A stretch of 64,000 nucleotides of DNA, from contig MU057744.1 of assembly GCA_013265495.1 (NCBI GenBank), positions 1,316,356-1,380,355 on the forward strand, in the 5' to 3' direction. The position numbers were made by a program, and so were the translations under genes. The DNA comes from Vicugna vicugna (lineage: Eukaryota). Below the pieces are notes generated by a model. That model saw only the letters and a program-made list of their open reading frames with translations, searched no databases and was not told the DNA's origin. Of this stretch, positions 53,098 through 64,000 are shown piece by piece. Each line of letters opens with the position of its first letter. Position 1 is the stretch's first letter.

Positions 53098-54344
53098 GTA
53101 TGGAGCCCGCGGGGCCAGCAGACACACTGCTTTGCTTTTTGCATTAAGCACTGAAAAAATGTCAGTAAAGAGTGGCATACACCTGAGCTCTGTGTAAACA
53201 GAGCTCTGCCCCACCTCGCCCCAAAGAACCAGTCACAGTCCCGAGCCTTAGGCATTTGTGATGGAGAGAAGGGCCAGCGTGGCTTAGAAGCTGAGCCTCT
53301 TGGGCGCCAGCAAGAGGCAGGTGTCTCCCATCATGGCGGACAGGTGGAGGAGGTCACGCACAGGTCACTTACGTGCTCAAGCTCACTAGTTTGCCTGCAG
53401 CCGGGGGCTCTGTTTCTTCACGGGAAGACAGGCGGGAGCACATGTGCACTGAATGCCTGCCAGGAGCCAGGTGCTTAGTAGGGTGCTTGATGGACCGTCT
53501 CGCTGAATTTCCACCCAGCCTTGCTGGCGGCAGCTTGTGTTTCCATCCTGCAGAGGAGATGAAGGCTGGCGGAGAGTGCGCTACATGCCGCAGCCTGGAG
53601 GGGAGAGCACGCCTGCCCACACTCCACGGCTTTCTTTCCTGGCCCTGTTCTGTGTGGCGGAGCAGGCTCCTCTCCAGGGAGAGGCTCTTCCCTCTCATGT
53701 GCCACCCCTTTAAATGCAGATTTCAGAAGAATGTCCCTTTAGCTGCTGTAAAAAACGGGCTGTCCTAATCAAGAATTTGCACCAGGATTCATCAGTTATT
53801 AACAGAGTTGTAGTAAAGTATTCTTGCAAAGTTTTACTGTCATTTGCAGTCGTTCATAAGTGATACTATTGCTTTTAATCATAACCAGAGTATAATTCAT
53901 AATGGCAGATAGCTGCATCTGTTACCTGCCCAGGCAGACATTTCTAAGGAGGTACTTTCTTCCAGTACAATCTGGGAAGTTCTGGCTCTGGCGACTCGTG
54001 GCTCTGGGAGCCTCTGTTCTGAGTGGCTCTGATCACTCTGTCTCCAGTGCTGTGGGCTCTGTGACCTGTCTCTCCTGTGGGGCCAGGAGCTTTGTGTCTC
54101 CGTCTGGCTTCTGTTAAAGAACATTTGATGTGCAGAGCACACAGCTGGAAGGCAGCTCCTCCCTGCGTAGCTGGCCCTCATCTCTGACATTTCCACGTGC
54201 CTTTTAATCAAACTCCCTCTTGCCTGCAGCCACTTAACCATTTTCTGCCCAGTGTCGATTAGATTGTACTTGTTTCCAGAGCTGGCAGGCACGCAGCTGT
54301 GAAGCTTCTGGGTTGGCCACTCATTGATTAATTGATCTGCTCTA

Positions 54345-54575
54345 AGCAGTGCTTCATAGCGGTCAAGAGCACTGGACGTGGACCGGACCCGTGGGCCTGC
54401 CGCTGTCTGACCTTGAACCAGTTCTTCAGGCCCTCTCTGCCTCAGGTTTCTTGTCTAAAAACAGAGCGGGTGGTATCACTTCACAAGGTTGTTGAGAGGA
54501 TTAAATCAGTTAATTTGTATAAAGCACTGAGACTAGCGCCTGAAGCACACTAAGCACTCGGTAAACACGTACTGG
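54345..54575 (+). mobile_element. MIR SINE
   Basis: gcggtcaagagcactggac...gaccttgaaccag..ctctctgcctcaggtttcttgtctaaaa...aaggttgttgagaggattaaat. Confidence 0.8.
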
Positions 54576-55228
54576 CTGCTCACCTTCCCGCGAGCACGTG
54601 TTGGCTGTGAAATAGACTGACTAGCGGGAGAGAAAGTCATCAGCTGAAAATGGAAAGTGGGCGCGTGCAGCCAGCGGCCCAGGAGCGGGTCCTGCTGAGC
54701 TTTCCGTTTGGTTTTAGGCCAGCCCAGCGGGGTCCTGAGCCGTCTGCTGAGCCACCAGCCGTGGCGGGCAGCACGCGGCCCCTGCGTTGCCAACCTTGGC
54801 AATTTGTTGAACTGCTTCTGTCGATAAAGTGGAGGCTCATACACAGTGTGCAACGTAACCTCAGGATGTAATGTTCATCTTGAATTGAAAGCACTTTTGG
54901 AGAAAAAAAAATTTGATATGCGTTTCGCGGGTGCCAGCTCCCAGCGCGCAGGGGCCTGCAGGCCCTCAGTGGGTGTGTGGTCAGCGTGTGAGTGAGCAGG
55001 GAGTGCGTCACGCCTCGTCTCACTTCACGTGTCTGTTCGGCACGGATGCACTGAGCACTCACTGCGTATCAGGCACTCCTCTCAGCCCTGGGGGTGGAAC
55101 AGGGAACACAACAGACAGACAGCCCCGTTTGAAGCTTGTGTCTGTCGGAAGATACTAGGTTGCTGTCTGCTGTGTGTCGGGGCCACGTCTGTGCTAATGG
55201 CTGCTCTGCCCACTGCTTGCGTTTCAAG

Positions 55229-55429
55229 GCGGAGAAGGACTCTGCCAGCTCGGACCCGTACCACTGCCTCTCGGACTTCATCGCCCCTCTGCACTCGGGT
55301 GTCCCCGACTATCTGGGCCTGTTCGCCGTCGCCTGCTTCGGGGTGGAAGCGCTGAGCAGGGCCTACGAGGAGGCGTGTGACGACTACAACAGCATCATGG
55401 TCAAGGCGCTGGGGGACCGGCTGGCCGAG
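55229..55429 (+). CDS. MTR: MTR exon 30: [20 protein letters not shown]...[17 protein letters not shown]
   Basis: Acceptor tttcaag (AAG), donor GAG|GTGGGG, 201 nt; reactivation-domain motifs. Confidence 0.96.
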
Positions 55430-56078
55430 GTGGGGACCCCCGTGGGCGCCTATGTGTGTGTGCACGCGCGCAGTGAGGCTGGTGGTAGCAGCGCACATGC
55501 TGAAGTCCCGTGTTCTCTGGTCGCTCTCACACTCGTCTTGGGCACGGAGCAGCTCCAGCGGTGCCCTGGTTGGCAGCCGCCTCAGAGCCTTGACTTCATA
55601 GTCTTTCTCTGGTGTCTTTCTTTGCTTGTTGTGATGTGAACTTTCCCTGAGGATCCCAAAAAATGCAAAACGGGTTTCTGGTTTTAATGTTGGAGTCCTC
55701 CATGGATTCCGCATCCCCCTCTGTGCAGTGGGGGGGCTCTCTCCCCTTTTACTGAGGCTGACAGTGGGCCGCTGGCTGCAGTAGCGGTCCCAGCTTCTCC
55801 TTCCAGCCTCCATGAGCTGCAGACTGACCGTCAGGGAAGTGTGTAAAGGCCTGGAGTCCTCAGAGCATTGAATGTGGTACCTCAGCGCCCAGGTTGAGGC
55901 CAAAACTGAGTAGCAGAGCAGCTGATGAAACTATAAATGAGTTGAGAATCCAGCCCGGCCCTCTTGCTGATGTTCCCTGGCTGTGGTCCAGGCAAGGGAG
56001 GTGCTGTGTGCCTCTGAGGCTGGAGGAGTGGGGTGCCGAGGACATGGCTTTGCCTGAGCCCTGTGTTCTGGGCTCCAG

Positions 56079-56198
56079 GCCTTCGCAGAGGAGCTGCACG
56101 AAAGGGTCCGCAGGGAGCTGTGGGCGTACTGCACCGATGAGCGGCTGGACGTGGCGGACCTGCGGAGACTGCACTACGGGGGCATCCGGCCAGCGCCT

Positions 56199-56231
<33 letters not shown>

Positions 56232-56271
56232 CTCACCATGTGGAGGCTGGCTGACATCGAGCAGTGCACAG
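56079..56271 (+). CDS. MTR: MTR exon 31: [15 protein letters not shown]...[17 protein letters not shown]...IEQCT
   Basis: AdoMet-binding RPAPGYP motif; acceptor ctccag, donor CAG|GTGAGG, 193 nt. Confidence 0.97.
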
Positions 56272-57272
56272 GTGAGGGCAGGAGTGGGGCGCCTCTGTCC
56301 TTCTGTGATAGATGCACCGGGCTCAGGTGAAAATTTTGGAAATACAGAAAGGGGTGTAGTGAAGGTGGTAATTCCCAGGTCTAGGTGTTTATTCTAGTGC
56401 CTGAGCTCCCTGTTATGGAGTAGTAGTCTCACATCACCATTTCCAGGTTTGTCGAGTTTGATTATTTTCTCTTACCCTACAGCAGATGAGAATTTAACTC
56501 GCTCTCCCACCCTGTACCTCTCCTGCCCCGTCCTCCCTGCTGGGTGTCTCCCCATCAGGGACCGTGTACCCCCTCCTGACACATTTCAAGCTGTGCTCTC
56601 CTTCCGTTGCTTACTGCCAGCGTCTCGGCACCAGGCTCGCAGAACCCCTCCCTTCCCTTCAGCTCCCGTCTCTCTTTTCTTTTACACACCTGTTAACACA
56701 ATTAACTGTTTTCAGTGGAGTTAATCAGAAGCATGACATCCTCGCCGAGGAAGTGAAAGGAGTGTGGGTGCTCTCTGGCAGAGTGCTGAACTCCGCACTG
56801 CTCTGTGTCCTCGTCCACCCAGTGCTGGTGCGGACCAGGTAGCCTTGCCACCGTTCCCTTTCGGTCTCAGCTCAGAGGAACAGGCGGCTTCTTTCTAAAC
56901 ACGGCTGTGGGCTCGTTCTTGGTGGGACTGGCTGTCGCTCGTCCCTGGTGGCCTTGGCCCCACAGGGGCCCTTGGAGGCCCAGCTGGTATTCCCATCCCC
57001 AGGGTGGGAGCTCCTCGTCTGGGAGACCCAGGCTTAGCCCCTGTGACTGGTTTTCGAGCCCTTTCCAGGCCTTTTCTCCCAGGCCAGGGCAGAGCTGCAT
57101 GTCCTGAAGTTGTTCACCCCCTTGGCAGGGATTTGCTAGACTAGTCTGCTCACGTCTTTCCTGCTGTGCCGTGTGTCTGCCTAGAAGCACGGGCTCACTC
57201 TCCTTCACCTGTAAATGAGAGTTTATCAGGTGCCTGCCACCTGCGGGGCCTGTCTCAGCGCCACATCCATGA

Positions 57273-57443
<171 letters not shown>

Positions 57444-57831
57444 TAAGTGCCTGTCTTGTTTTAAATGGAGCTGTTAACCCTGCTTTATTTTACATGTGAA
57501 TGAGAATAAAACAAGAGGGAAAGGATGAAGAAATTGTACCCAGTTAATGTCTCGATTTGATTTCAGCCCATTACCCCAATCCTAGCCCTCCCATGGAACC
57601 CCCCGCCTGCCCAAACACACACCCCAGCCATGCTCTGAGCATCATGTGTTTATTTACTCCATGTTGTTTTTCTGCCCCAGAGTATAAGGCAGCTTGGTGA
57701 ATAGATAAATATCTATGTCCATTTAACTCCATAGATTGCTATCAAGACAAGAAATGGAAGGTACTTAATGTTTCTTGGCAAGTCCTGTGGAAACTTTAGT
57801 TTAAAAAGTCTTTATCATTTTGGTTTAATAA

Positions 57832-57939
<108 letters not shown>

Positions 57940-58799
57940 CTTTTTTGTTACCCTGCCTGTACTCGATGATCCTCAAGGAAACACAGCCGAAGTGCCTTAG
58001 TAACCAGAGCGCAGCGGCCGCCAGCCCGTCTGCCCCACCCAGCTTTTGGAATTTGGTGGAAACTTGTAGAGGAGCAAGGTCTTCCTGTGGTTCTTGGAAA
58101 ACGAGTGGCTGTGTTTTAGGGGACCTTAAATGAAGAGCAGCGAGCAGGACTTGGGGGGTGTCCCTCGTCCCTTGGGGACCGAGGTGAGCTGGAGGTGGAG
58201 GTCTTTTGCATTTCAAAGAAGTCAACTTTTTTTTTTTTTTTCCTTTTTACCTTGAATGTACCAGGCCACTTATTTTGTTTTTCTCTCTCTTGGAGAAAAG
58301 CCTGAAACTCAGATGAATAGGGATGTGTATGCAGAAATGTGACCGTGTGGCCAGGGGACGCCATTCATCTGAGTGATCAGAGCAGCGCACTCCGACAGGG
58401 AGGGAGCGTCACTGTGCTCTGTGTCCCAAGACCTCCTTTCCGAAGCCGCTATTACACGTCTACAGAAGTCCCTTTGGCAAAGGGCATGCTTCACCGCCGG
58501 CTTGTCAGGAGCACTCAGGCCGCTTGCCTGGCATGGTCAAACACAGTCATGTCCTCCAAGAGTTTTTGTCCTCTCATAATTTCACGTCCCCTCACTGAGG
58601 GGAAAGGAGGTGGGGAGGGAGAGTGGTTGTTAAGGGTAGTTAACATCTTTGGGGTGTTTCCCAGAACCGAGCAGGGTCTCGGCTAAGCTGCATGTCCTGT
58701 ACAGAGTGGACAGGCATACTCAGTTCTCTCTCTGTGCTGACCCAACTCCAGTCCCACACAACATGGGAAAAGCACATTGACTTTTTCACAGCTATTTCA

Positions 58800-59050
58800 G
58801 GGAAATGGTTATGAACATGAGCCTTGAAGTAGACAGACCTGGGTTCAAGTTTCACTTTGCCACTTACTTGCTGTACGACAGAGGCAGATTACTTAAGCTC
58901 TCCAACACGATTTTCTCATCTGTGAAAGGGGGACAGTGATACTAGTTTCTGTCTCTTGGGCATGAGGTGTGGATTAAGCAAGATGGTGCACATAAGGCAG
59001 GTAACACGGGACCTGGCGCACAGTGAGTGCTTCGTAGACGGCAGCTTCTG
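58800..59050 (+). mobile_element. MIR SINE within the presumed 3' UTR
   Basis: agacagacctgggttcaagtttcactttgccacttacttgctgt...ttttctcatctgtgaaagggggacagtgata. Confidence 0.8.
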
Positions 59051-59805
59051 TAGGGCCTACAGGGAGTCCCTGAGCTCTGCACAGGGTAGGTGCTTGTGGA
59101 AAGGGAACAAGAGGTCAATGGAGATGAAAAGATAGTAGGGAAAAGCGCATGGCAATGACTGGATTGAACATACTAAGTACCCTTCCTGGGATCAGAGCTC
59201 CGCTTAACACAGTGATGGAGAGAGAAGCTGCCCTCTGCTATCAGCACCGTCAGTCTTCTTTTTCGCGCCGCAGCCCCCCCACCCCTCGTGGTATAAGCCG
59301 GCCTTGTCCCAAAGCAGTTATATCAAATGTGCTTTCAGGTACATGGGAGGTGAAAGGGGAAAAAACTTAAGAAATGATAATGTTCCATATCCGTAGTACA
59401 TACGTGTTTACCCGCAGAGTAGCGTGCCTTTTCAGACGCCACCGGCCCTTACGGTGAGAACTGTGTGCCTCTTTAGGTGTATTTATTCTGTGCTGGACTG
59501 AGTGGGACAGAGTGTCCTGAGATAGCAGTTGGAGGACTTACTGTCCGTTCCACAGCAGGTATGTTATTCTAGGCATTGGTACATTCTTCTGTGAGACAGA
59601 ATAACTGCCTCCAAATATTTTAATGTATTTTATTTTAATTACAGTTGCTAAGTCTCCTAGTTTCATTAAATATTTACCATGTCTTCTCTCAACCAGTTAC
59701 GTGGTGGAATGGCTTCCTTAAATGTATAGTTGATCTAGTCCCACAATGGATGCCTTTTATCTAAAGACCAAAGCAGTTTGTCCAAGTTCCCATGCCTGTA
59801 TGTTC

Positions 59806-59811
59806 ATTAAA
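59806..59811 (+). terminator. Candidate polyadenylation signal ATTAAA
   Basis: TGTA at 59797-59800 upstream and a T-rich tract about 30 nt downstream. A second ATTAAA lies at 59665-59670. Confidence 0.4.
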
Positions 59812-59879
59812 GAAAACAGAATACAATTTGAAAACCCCTTTCTTAGTTTATATTAGGTGACCTCAAAGGCAGGAAGGTG

Positions 59880-60800
59880 ACCAGTCTGCACTCGGAGTCT
59901 TGTCTGTCTGCCCGGACGTCCAGAGCTCTCCTTGCCATCAGCTGCTGTGGCTCACGTTCGCTCACTCGCTCGCTCTCATCATTTCTGTTAAAGACCCCAG
60001 ATCTGTTTTTCCCTCTAAATAAGCACTCGTCCAGAACCTTGCTTACTCCGCTTGCTCTGCGGTTGGTACTGAGGAGGATGGCTCCTGCGGTGGTGGTTGA
60101 GACCGGGTTTTATGATGCCCTGACATCCTCCTCCCTCTGCGCACAGCTGAGCTCATTCAGGGACGAGTCTGCCTTCTTCCTGTCTCTCTCAGACACGCCC
60201 TCCACAGATAGCTGAGTGTCTGCTGTGTGCCAGCCATCTCCTCCCCTTCTCTCCTTAACTCAGTGAAGGTAGGTTTTCTATGCATCTGTTTTATCATTAA
60301 TGACCTCTTCATTGTTAGATCCAACGGCCTTTCCAGTGATTTTCTTTCTAGGTTTAGAGAATATTGACCGCTTCTGTAAAACTCCGTTTCCTGGCTCCCC
60401 CTTGACTACTTTTCTGGTTAACCTTCCCTGTGTTTGATAATTTCTTAGCTGTTTGCATAGCTTCCTCTTCCACTGCCTGTTTAAATCCTAGTTACCTGTC
60501 CTCCTGTCACTAGTTACCTTCTTAGGCGTACAGTTTCAACGGGCAATCTCATCAAACTGATGTCTCTGTCCAGACTCCTCTGTCCTGAAGAGCACCGCAT
60601 AGCAAACATCCAGCAGCCTCTTCGGGGATGGCAGACAGACATCTCAGACTCAGTGCATCTCAAACCAGCATGGTCTCATTCTTACATTCTTGATATATTC
60701 AGCAGGGAAGAATTTTGCCGCTGCTCCAGCAGCAGACCACAAACTCACCCCACATCAGCTTTCTCTTGGACTATTGCAGTTATCTAAAAAATTTGCACAT
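59880..60800 (+). mobile_element. L2 fragment(s)
   Basis: aatgacctcttcattgttagatccaacggcc; catctcagactcagtgcatctcaaacc. Confidence 0.55.
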
Positions 60801-60899
60801 AAAAGACACACTTTTCCTCCTTCTGGTTGGAAAAGTAGTAGAGACATTGAAGGGAGGCAGTGTTCAGGTTAAGGCCTGATTTGGGACTTGAGAGATACA

Positions 60900-62420
60900 G
60901 TTGAAGAACTGTCTCTGTTCATGAATGGTGAAGGTTATAAAGGCATCACATTTCCCGAAGTTGATCTGTAGACTCAATGCCGTTTCCAGCAGAAATTCCA
61001 GCAGAAGTTTTCTTAATTGTGACAAGCAGATGTTTAAATTTATGTGGAATAGCAAAGGACTATGATGGCTGAAGGCTTTTAACTGTGACTAAGGTTGAGG
61101 GGACTCAGAAAACAGTGGGTCTTAACTGTAGAGTCTGTGTTGTACGTGGTTCAGAGGTGGGCATTCTGAGCCGTGCAGTGAAGTACGGAGCCTGGGAGAG
61201 CCTGTGCGTGTATGCTGAGTTGTGGCAAGGTGGCGTGGCCTGTGGGTGGGGACAGGAAGGGTGGCTCCATAAATAGTTCTAGAATGGTGGTTATCCTTGT
61301 GGGAAAATGGAATTTGATTTCCACCTCACACCGTACCTAAAAATAGGCTCCAGGTATGTTATGGTCTTAATTGCAAAAAGTAAGTATTTAAATGTTTACA
61401 TGAAAAAAACCTTAGGGCAGGAAAGAATTTCTTGAGACATACAAGTGCTAATCTTAAAAGAAGGACGATTAAATCAAATATGTTAAAACTAGGCCTGAAG
61501 CTAATAAACAATTTAGTGTAGTGAAAAGACAAACCAAGACTTGATATTTATAATGCAATTAACTGACAAAGGATTTTTAAGCAGAATATATAGAGAATTC
61601 CTATTTTAAAAATAGAAAAGACTTGAAAAGGCATTTCACAGAAGTGGAAGTAATTTCATAGGGTTTGTAAATGGCTAGAAATGTTGGAAATATGAACTAA
61701 GACCACAGTGAGATAGCGTTTTATGTTTGTAAGGTTGGTAACGTTAAGGAGTCTGATGGTACCTGGGTGAGGAAGATGTGGGAGCTCATACACTATGGAT
61801 GTGTGAACAGGCTCCTCTGCTCCAGAAGACGGTCACACCTCACGGAGTTGAACGTTTGCACACTTTAGGATCTAGCTTATGGCTCCAGCCCCCCACTGAA
61901 TATTCAGGAACTCTTGCTTTGTGTACCAGGAGGTACATACGAGACTGTGTATAGCAACGTCTTCCTATGGTTAATACCTGGTAAAATGACATGTCCTCTG
62001 TCTACAGCAGAATGGATGAGTAAATTAGGTGATTCACACTAAGGAATATTACTCAGTAGTGAACGATAAGTGAGCTACAGCTAAACCTGGCAAAAGAATG
62101 ACTCTCAGAAAACAGTAAGGAAAAAGCAAGCTCCGGGGTATGGTTGATACTATTTTTACTGAGCTCAAAACCAAGCAAAACCAAAGAGTCTATTGTCTGA
62201 GCATCATAAATGGTGACACTATACTGTTTAAAGAAAAAAGAAAGATGATAAGCCAAAATTCAGGCTCCCAGTTCCCGTCAGAGGGAACAGGTCGCAAGGC
62301 GACAGACGGGGAGGTGCAGGTTGCTGGTCACATGCCAGCCCTTGGGTTATGTGGCAGGTGTACGGTTGCTTATTATGTTATGCTTTATAGCCAGTACATG
62401 TTATAGAATGCTGTATGTAA
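60900..62420 (+). mobile_element. Old L1 (L1ME-like) ORF2/3' relic
   Basis: ttgatctgtagactcaatgc...aaatttatgtggaatagcaaaggac; cacctcacaccgtacctaaaaata; gacttgaaaaggcatttcacaga. Confidence 0.7.
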
Positions 62421-63199
62421 TTAGATACATTGTACTTAATTATTGAATATGAGAACAATAAAGGAAAAATGGAATAATAAGCAAAAATGTGGGATGGTGA
62501 CTTTGTGTATAATGTTTTATACGTGTCAAATATATTTTTTAAAGAAAGGAGGGACATTTTGCACAGCAGCACAAAAGCAGGGGGCAAGAGACAGAAGCAC
62601 CTGTGCATCGTCCCACCAGCGCCTCGGTGGCTCCAGATACCCAGCTCTGGTGAGTGAGGGGCTGGTGGCAGCCTTTGCCAAGGGAGGGGGGAGAAAGGAG
62701 GCGTTCTGCACAAACTGGACATGACAGAACACTGGCACTTGCACACCTGACTTTGGGGCTCAGGAAGAATGACATTAGAACTGGGGCGACTTCAGGTGGA
62801 GGCGCGAGTGGGAAGAGGAGGTGGGACTTGATTATAGGACTAGGGGCGAGCAGGAGTGGGAGCCCACGGAGGGAAAGGAGACGGGAGAGTGCAGCGTCAG
62901 GGAAAGCAGAGGTGGGGCGGTCCAGGCCTGGCCTGGAGCCCAGGGCTGCACAGAGGTCTGGGAATGGGGCCCCTCTCCCGGGTGACCCTTGCTACCGCAG
63001 TTTCGGGGGGACTGTGGGGACCACTGGCACACTGTGGTAGGTTGAAGGTAATGGGAGGTGGGAGGTGAGGAAGGGTACTCGGTGGTTATTTTAAGAAGAT
63101 TGGTTGGGAAGGTAGGATCGAGAGAGTGTCTAATATAGTAAAAGGCTTTTACGCTGAGGGGTAAGTACCAATTAGGAGGGCTGCAGATAGTGCAAAACA

Positions 63200-63990
63200 T
63201 TTTTAAAAAATATCTTTTAACCTAACTTCCAGAGAGACTGGACTTCCGTCTACTAGTCGCCAACAGTTGAAACCTTGGAGTTGTGTCTAACCTCTCCCTT
63301 TTCCTCGAAGTTCAAATTCAGTTTGCTCTCACGCCCAGATGTTTTACCCACTAAATGTCTCAGTCCTTCTCTCCTCCCCGGCCTGGCTTAGGGGCTCATC
63401 ATCTCTCCTCTGCGTGGTTCCCCAGCCTCCTGCAGCTGTAGGAGTGAGCTCTCTGACCCCTCACGCCCACCCCAGCCCTGCCTTCCTCAGGGCCTCCCCA
63501 TTGCCTGGGATGCACCCCAGCTCCCTGGAGTGCAGACTCTGCTCCAGAGCCCTGACCAGCTCCCTGCGTGTCCTGAAAGAGGTGCCTGCTTGCCTTGTCC
63601 CCTCCAGCCTTGCGATTCAGGAAGGCTTTTCAACAACTCCCTCCCTACAAAGCTAAGTGCAGTGACCCTGCTGCTCGCCTCCTTAAACAGCATCGCGCGT
63701 GTTTCCCAGCACTGTTAGAAACAGAATGATCTATTTCCCTGTTAGACTGTGATCCTTAAGGCAAATGTGGACCGTTGATGATCTTTGTATTTGTCATGAC
63801 TAAAGTAGCATTTGGTTCGTGATAGGTGCTCAGTAAAGGGAGGCTTGAATGAGTTGATGAGCAGATCTTTCAGGGCGACAGTGGTTTGTTGGGAGAGCCA
63901 ACTGTAGAGCTCCTTGGGGACAGGGGTCCTGCCTCTGCCTCTGACCAGGCTCAGGATGCCCAGAGCCTAACCCAGCACCTGCCGTGCAGT
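63200..63990 (+). mobile_element. L2 3' fragments
   Basis: gttagactgtgatccttaaggc...taggtgctcagtaaagggaggcttgaatgag, followed by a second tail-like copy. Confidence 0.65.
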
Positions 63991-64000
63991 GTGTTACATA

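Larger units (their letters stand above)
57940..59830 (+). other. MTR: MTR 3' UTR (end approximate)
   Basis: Follows the stop codon, with U-rich tracts. The end is placed just after a candidate ATTAAA at 59806. Confidence 0.6.

Noticed and set aside
55136..55639. 167-aa ORF as an extended exon 30
   Set aside because: Only 55229-55429 matches MTR and has splice sites; the flanks are intronic read-through.
55082..55903. 273-aa minus-strand ORF, the longest in the track
   Set aside because: It is the antisense shadow of GC-rich exon 30 and its flanks, where stop codons are depleted; no recognisable domain.

Overview
This window is mammalian genomic DNA holding the 3' two-thirds of MTR (cobalamin-dependent methionine synthase) on the + strand. 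I could read 20 coding exons by hand (human exons 14-33; numbering from my recollection of the human gene). They splice into one uninterrupted frame of 859 residues, from EMGAQVLD... to ...LGYDTD and a TAA stop at 57937-57939. The frame covers the folate-binding, cap, cobalamin-binding (GDVHDIG) and AdoMet/reactivation domains, followed by the 3' UTR and flank. All introns are GT-AG except intron 21, which is GC-AG. The introns carry typical eutherian repeats (L1, L2, MIR, Tigger/MER, ERVL LTRs) with approximate boundaries, plus one relatively young 5'-truncated L1. The repeat content suggests a non-ruminant, non-pig cetartiodactyl, possibly a camelid (inference). Nearly all other ORF-track entries are spurious. 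I found no evidence of a novel multi-gene system. The points most worth a second look are a CpG-dense island in intron 24, a perfect 56-bp VNTR amplifying a tRNA/MIR-like A-box head, sharp exon-to-exon GC3 mosaicism, a run of in-frame-skippable exons, and the GC donor.
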